Source of the DNA: an uncultured virus (IMG/VR IMGVR_UViG_3300028416_000015)
Taxonomy: Duplodnaviria; Heunggongvirae; Uroviricota; Caudoviricetes; Crassvirales
Reading direction: 5' to 3' (one strand)
IMG/VR virus record: IMGVR_UViG_3300028416_000015
Length of the DNA stretch: 20,000 nucleotides
In this document: in pieces, positions 15,629 to 20,000 of the stretch
Layout: every line of letters starts with the position of its first letter
Position numbering within the stretch: position 1 is the first letter of the stretch
The notes under the pieces: model-generated
What the model saw: the letters and a program-made list of their open reading frames with translations, nothing else
Told to the model about the DNA's origin: nothing
Database searches by the model: none
Position numbers and translations under genes: made by a program

Positions 15629-16327
15629 ATGAACGGATACTACAGACTTATAGCCTCGATGAGTAGGGGTGGTGGTGGAGTCAATCCTTTATGGAATGGC
15701 TTATTAGCTTATTATACTGCTGATAACACTCCTAACGATGCTTTAGGAACTTACAACGGTACACTTGTGAACGGTGCAACTTATGGAACTGGTATTATTA
15801 ATCAAGGGTTTAGTCTTGATGGCGTTAATGATTATGTTGATATGGGGACTTCATTTCCTATTATAACAGGAGATATGACTCTTTCTTTTTGGTTTAAGGG
15901 TGCTTGGCAAGGTGTTAACGTTGGTGGGTTAGGTAGGTTAGGTGGAGGTGGGGCCAGAGGTTTTCAGTTCGGGTCTAGTACACTCAATAATTTTTTGAGA
16001 TTTGATTTAGCACCAGACTTATCGACATTAAAGCAATTAAGTTATTCTCATGGAAGCACATTTTCACCTACTACATGGTATCATGCAGTCGCAGTTTTCA
16101 AAACTTCTAGTTATATGCGTATTTACTTAAATGGTAGTCAAGTAGCTGAAACAACAACGTCTATTCCATCTGCTCAGGCTCAAAGTCCAGCTATTCCGTT
16201 AACATTTAATTTTAGAGGTTTGTTAAGTGGAGTTGCAGATGAAATAGCTATCTTTAACACAGCAAAAACACCAACAGAAATTACAGAATTATATAGTGGC
16301 GGTAATGCCTTACAATATCCAAACTAA
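15629..16327 (+). CDS. LamG/concanavalin A-like jellyroll protein, copy 2
   Basis: Start ATG 15629 (MNGYYR); close paralog of 14728-15405. Confidence 0.85.
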   Translation: MNGYYRLIASMSRGGGGVNPLWNGLLAYYTADNTPNDALGTYNGTLVNGATYGTGIINQGFSLDGVNDYVDMGTSFPIITGDMTLSFWFKGAWQGVNVGGLGRLGGGGARGFQFGSSTLNNFLRFDLAPDLSTLKQLSYSHGSTFSPTTWYHAVAVFKTSSYMRIYLNGSQVAETTTSIPSAQAQSPAIPLTFNFRGLLSGVADEIAIFNTAKTPTEITELYSGGNALQYPN

Positions 16328-16340
16328 AAAAAATAAAATT

Positions 16341-16541
16341 ATGGGATACGATATAAGACCAATAAGTGAAATAAACACAATAGATAAATCCTTATGTGTA
16401 GGCTATCCAGAAGTAGAATTTAACAACATATCAAAAGATGGTAATTTTTTTGTGGTAGAGGGTGAAACATTTAATACTTTTACTCATTCTCAGATATTAT
16501 TAGAATTAAAGAAACCTTATTGGACTGAACAAGAGATATAA
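16341..16541 (+). CDS. Small acidic protein, LamG partner copy 2
   Basis: Start ATG 16341 (MGYDIRPI), aligning with MAYAIKPI of copy 1. Confidence 0.75.
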   Translation: MGYDIRPISEINTIDKSLCVGYPEVEFNNISKDGNFFVVEGETFNTFTHSQILLELKKPYWTEQEI

Positions 16542-16855
16542 TGGAAGCACCAAACTATATAATTATTTCACTTGTAACGGTACTTTTCGGGGTTGCTCGA
16601 TACTTCTTTAAAGACTTGCACAAAAGTTTCTTAGAAAGCGAAAAAAAGAATGACTTGATAAGTAATAAAGTAACTAAACTCGAAAGCAAAGTTATAAGAC
16701 TTGAGGAAAAAATGCCTAGTGATATTCAGCATTTAGAAACTGTAATTAACTTGAAATTAGACGAGGTAACGAAAACGATTAAACACTTAGAGAGGTCTCT
16801 TAACAATCAAGCAGATGCATATGTTCAGTTGTTAAAGGAATACACTAAGAAATGA
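16541..16855 (+). CDS. Single-TM coiled-coil protein (holin/antiholin-like)
   Basis: N-terminal TM followed by a heptad-like region; upstream of the endolysin. Confidence 0.55.
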   Translation: MEAPNYIIISLVTVLFGVARYFFKDLHKSFLESEKKNDLISNKVTKLESKVIRLEEKMPSDIQHLETVINLKLDEVTKTIKHLERSLNNQADAYVQLLKEYTKK

Positions 16856-17076
16856 AGAAACATATAATATCACTAATTAACGACACGTTAAAGAAAGATG
16901 GGAAGTGGAGTAGAACCTCTTTAACCATGTTTAGTGCATGGTTATTGGTGGTCTATATGGTTATTTATGACTTGTATAAAGAGGGTTTTAGATATGATGT
17001 TTTTGCTACTATGGTAGGTGTAGCTTTAGGTACTAAATTAACTGATTCAATAGGTAAAAAAATAGAAAAGAAATGA
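16852..17076 (+). CDS. Putative holin (2 TM)
   Basis: 74 aa, two hydrophobic helices, basic C-terminus, lysis context. Confidence 0.6.
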   Translation: MKKHIISLINDTLKKDGKWSRTSLTMFSAWLLVVYMVIYDLYKEGFRYDVFATMVGVALGTKLTDSIGKKIEKK

Positions 17077-17564
17077 GGTGGAAAGAGTTAATTATAGTAA
17101 TGTTAGTAGCTACTTGTATATATCTAATGTACATGAAAAGACCTATTTATTCAACTGGTAGGCTTCAAACTATTGAGCACGTTATACATGGTAAAGATAG
17201 TATTATAGTGAAATGGAAAACTAAGATAGTAGAAAACAAGTCAAAGGTTAACGGATTGAATAGTCAAATAGAACGATTAAAAGATAGTTTAAGCGTTTCT
17301 AAGCAACTTAAAGATACTATGACTATAATAGAATACCAAGACACTATAATAAGCCAACAGGACACGATTATTAAGTTCTATGAAGGTTTAACGAGCAGAT
17401 GCGACACTATAATTACAGAACAAAATAAGGTCATAGAGTTAAAAGATAGTGTTATTTTTATTCAAAAAGAAAGAATAAAAGACTTTAAGAAAAAAAAGAA
17501 ACGTAGAAAGATAAGTAGTATATTTGCATCCATTGGATTATTAACTTTATTAATTGTTAAGTAA
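17073..17564 (+). CDS. Putative spanin-like protein
   Basis: N-terminal hydrophobic segment with Cys, coiled coil, polybasic stretch, C-terminal hydrophobic segment; directly before the endolysin. Confidence 0.5.
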   Translation: MRWKELIIVMLVATCIYLMYMKRPIYSTGRLQTIEHVIHGKDSIIVKWKTKIVENKSKVNGLNSQIERLKDSLSVSKQLKDTMTIIEYQDTIISQQDTIIKFYEGLTSRCDTIITEQNKVIELKDSVIFIQKERIKDFKKKKKRRKISSIFASIGLLTLLIVK

Positions 17565-18055
17565 TGGATAAAATAACACTACAAAGAATTGAAAAGGCTC
17601 ATCCTACTATTAGAGAAGAGTTGAAGCAAGATTACCTTTATTGTAACAATAGGTTATTAGGTAGGGGAGTAAGGCTGAGATTTGCATCTGTATACCGATC
17701 TAATGAAGAGCAAGATGAACTATACAGTAGAAGACCTAAAGTAACAAATGCAAAAGGTGGGCAATCTATACACAATTACGGTTTAGCCTTCGATGTAGTT
17801 TTACTATATGACAAAGATGGCAACGGAACTTTTGAAACTGCTTCATGGGATACTATTAAAGATGGTGACAATGATGGTAAGTCTGATTGGATGGAGGTTG
17901 TTAATTTCTTCAAGGCAAAAGGTTGGTCATGGGGAGGTGACTGGCGATATTTTAAGGACAAGCCTCATTTCCAGAAAGACTTTGGGTATACATGGAGAGA
18001 ATTAAAAGAGAAAGAAAAATTTATTGATAACGGGATTGAATATCCAAAATTATAA
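17564..18055 (+). CDS. Endolysin, peptidase M15 (L-Ala-D-Glu peptidase-like)
   Basis: YRSNEEQDELY, VTNAKGGQSIHNYGLAFD (SxHxxGxAxD), WGGDW, DKPHFQ. Confidence 0.92.
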   Translation: MDKITLQRIEKAHPTIREELKQDYLYCNNRLLGRGVRLRFASVYRSNEEQDELYSRRPKVTNAKGGQSIHNYGLAFDVVLLYDKDGNGTFETASWDTIKDGDNDGKSDWMEVVNFFKAKGWSWGGDWRYFKDKPHFQKDFGYTWRELKEKEKFIDNGIEYPKL

Positions 18056-18061
18056 GAAAAC

Positions 18062-19477
18062 ATGGGAAGAATAGATCAAGATTACGCAACAGACGCAACC
18101 ATAACAGGTACAGATAAAGTTATTGGTACAGATGCAGCAGATGGAAGCACTAAGAATTTTACTATTGATGGTATTAAGGGGTATATGGAAGGCAACTTAA
18201 CTGGTGCTAGTAATTCTTACACATCTCTAGATGGCAAAACAGTCACTTCAACAAATGGCTTAACTACATCTATTACATCTGCGAGTATTCCTACTGACGC
18301 AACAGTTACAGCTAATGATTTATTGAGAGGTGTAGATTCAGCTGACGCAACAGTAAAAAATTATACAGTAGATAGCGTTAAAGATTATACTTTAAACGCA
18401 TTAGATGTAGATAATTTAGTCTATACTGTATATGATAACATAGTAATGAATAATACTACTAGCTCATCTACAACTGTTTTGGATTATGGAGTAAATGTTA
18501 TTAGAACATCAACTACAACCGATCTTGCCTGTAAACTACCTCAACCAGTTACAGGTAAGAGAGTAACAGTAGTTAATAAATCTAGCATGGCTATAAAATT
18601 GTTTCCTTCTAATGTTGGTGGTCAAATAAATAATTATCCTATTGACACTCCAGCTATAGTACCTAATGATGGTGTATCATATGATTTTGTATGTACAGAG
18701 AATCCATTACCTGGAGAATGGACATGGGACGCTCCAGCTACAGCACAATATGATTTCGGAAATATGTCTGTAGCTTTAGATTCAACTACGCCTTATACGT
18801 TTGGCGTAACGGTAGGTTTTGCTGGTACATCAAATGTTATAGCTAGTGGAGAAGGATCTCAAACATATACTGTGTCAAATGGTGTGAATCAATCACCAGC
18901 TTTTGCGTCTCTAACATCAGGTACGAATTATGCATTTGCTCAATTTAAGCCATTAAATAAGTGGAATGGTATGACTAAAATAAAAGTGTATACAAATGTT
19001 ATAGATCAAACTGGTAGTGGTTATAACAACCCAGTGGTTAGGATTATTATGGGTAGCGGTATAGATTACTATGACCAATCTACTGGAGATTATATCACAA
19101 ATGGAGGTAGAACAGGATTAGAGGAAGTTTTTTACTATAGTCTTAATAAAGTAATATCAGGCACTCCATCAGGTACATATTTTTCATCTAATATTGGGGA
19201 TCCAGGTACTGCATATGGAGAGAAGTCGTTTAACTCTGGTGTTAATAATTATGGATATATAACATCAGATGCTGAAGGAAATGCTCAAACATCATTAGGC
19301 GATGGAGCTCCAGTAAGTGTAACTTATCCATTTAGTGATGGTTCTGCGTATGTTGGATTACCTGTAGATGAAATATATACAGGAATTATTTATCCATATA
19401 TACAACCATTTGGTTCATCTAAACCTCCATATGGGGCTGATACGTTTAAGTTTAAGGTTGTTATAGAATATTATTAA
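18062..19477 (+). CDS. Virion/tail-associated protein with duplicated N-terminal module
   Basis: 471 aa, T/S/G-rich; internal repeat TDATITGTDKVIGTDAADGSTKNFTID / TDATVTANDLLRGVDSADATVKNYTVD. Confidence 0.6.
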   Translation: MGRIDQDYATDATITGTDKVIGTDAADGSTKNFTIDGIKGYMEGNLTGASNSYTSLDGKTVTSTNGLTTSITSASIPTDATVTANDLLRGVDSADATVKNYTVDSVKDYTLNALDVDNLVYTVYDNIVMNNTTSSSTTVLDYGVNVIRTSTTTDLACKLPQPVTGKRVTVVNKSSMAIKLFPSNVGGQINNYPIDTPAIVPNDGVSYDFVCTENPLPGEWTWDAPATAQYDFGNMSVALDSTTPYTFGVTVGFAGTSNVIASGEGSQTYTVSNGVNQSPAFASLTSGTNYAFAQFKPLNKWNGMTKIKVYTNVIDQTGSGYNNPVVRIIMGSGIDYYDQSTGDYITNGGRTGLEEVFYYSLNKVISGTPSGTYFSSNIGDPGTAYGEKSFNSGVNNYGYITSDAEGNAQTSLGDGAPVSVTYPFSDGSAYVGLPVDEIYTGIIYPYIQPFGSSKPPYGADTFKFKVVIEYY

Positions 19478-19496
19478 TATTATATTAGTTAGATTT

Positions 19497-19525
19497 AGTC
19501 CCAAATTATTAGTATATTTGGGACT
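19497..19525. promoter_or_regulatory. 10-bp inverted repeat overlapping a -7 promoter element (terminator or operator)
   Basis: AGTCCCAAAT (19497-19506) / ATTTGGGACT (19516-19525); TATATTTG at 19513-19520. Confidence 0.55.
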
Positions 19526-19540
19526 TAAATTTAATTTAAT

Positions 19541-19789
19541 ATGAAACAGTTAACAAAAGAAGAATTAGAGTCTTACGCTAAGGCTCGTGAAAGTTATTTT
19601 GATTTAAAGAGTCAGATAGCTGACATCACTATTAATCAAGAGAGATTAAAGCGTCAAAAAGAAAGTACATTATTAAACATTGAGTTAGCTTTTGATGAAT
19701 TGGTAAAGAACCAACGTGACATTGAAGGTAAATATGGAGAAGGAAGAGTTGACTTGCAAACAGGTGAAATCCATGCAATTAATTCGTAA
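19541..19789 (+). CDS. Coiled-coil hypothetical protein
   Basis: 82 aa, helical, ending KYGEGRVDLQTGEI. Confidence 0.75.
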   Translation: MKQLTKEELESYAKARESYFDLKSQIADITINQERLKRQKESTLLNIELAFDELVKNQRDIEGKYGEGRVDLQTGEIHAINS

Positions 19790-19994
19790 AATATCCATAG
19801 GTCCAGACTACAAGACCTCTATGCACTATGTTGTAGGGCAGGAGGTTTTAGATAAGTCTTACGTAATTGAGACGATAAGAGTTGTAGATGGAGGAAGTAT
19901 CCAGATATGGATAGAAAAAAACTCAGAAGTAATACTTTGGAAGTCTTTTAATGAGACTATCCCTAAAGTAATTGAATTTAATATAAACTTTTAA
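19773..19994 (+). CDS. Hypothetical phage protein
   Basis: Likely start ATG 19773 (MQLIRKISIGPDYKTSMHYVVGQEV). Confidence 0.75.
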   Translation: MQLIRKISIGPDYKTSMHYVVGQEVLDKSYVIETIRVVDGGSIQIWIEKNSEVILWKSFNETIPKVIEFNINF

Positions 19995-20000
19995 TCAAAT

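Noticed and set aside
14728..16327. Diversity-generating retroelement (TR/VR) or assembly artefact as explanation for the LamG repeat
   Set aside because: Differences are not adenine-specific, both copies are full ORFs with many synonymous changes, and no reverse transcriptase is in the window.
13605..18005. Nested ORFs 13605-13787, 17776-17961 and 17808-18005
   Set aside because: Out-of-frame or antisense within confident genes; 17808-18005 has no lipobox cysteine, so it is not an embedded o-spanin.
1..20000. Stop-codon reassignment as in some crAss-like phages
   Set aside because: Genes are intact and densely packed under the standard code; the one broken gene is a frameshift, not an in-frame stop.

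Overview
AT-rich tailed-phage DNA, most likely from a phage of Bacteroidota (Flavobacteria-like). The host inference rests on many TAnnTTTG (-7)/TTG (-33) promoters and A-rich starts with no Shine-Dalgarno sequence. Layout: a leftward block of small early-type genes (1-3774); a 1.7 kb divergent non-coding control/origin-like region (3775-5496); a rightward block of HNH/AP2 and small hypothetical genes; a phage chaperonin pair in the order groEL-groES; an antisense winged-helix regulator; tail-fibre/virion-like genes including a tandemly duplicated LamG + small-protein unit; a lysis cassette with an M15 endolysin; and further virion-type genes. The most notable observation is a ~90-nt structured RNA leader found twice (52-141 minus, 8370-8451 plus). 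Each copy lies between a host-type promoter and the ATG of a NUMOD4-family gene. It has two hairpins whose loops are 7-nt complementary (kissing loop), with compensatory changes between copies, and the second hairpin ends in a U-tract. All calls are by eye; no database searches were run.
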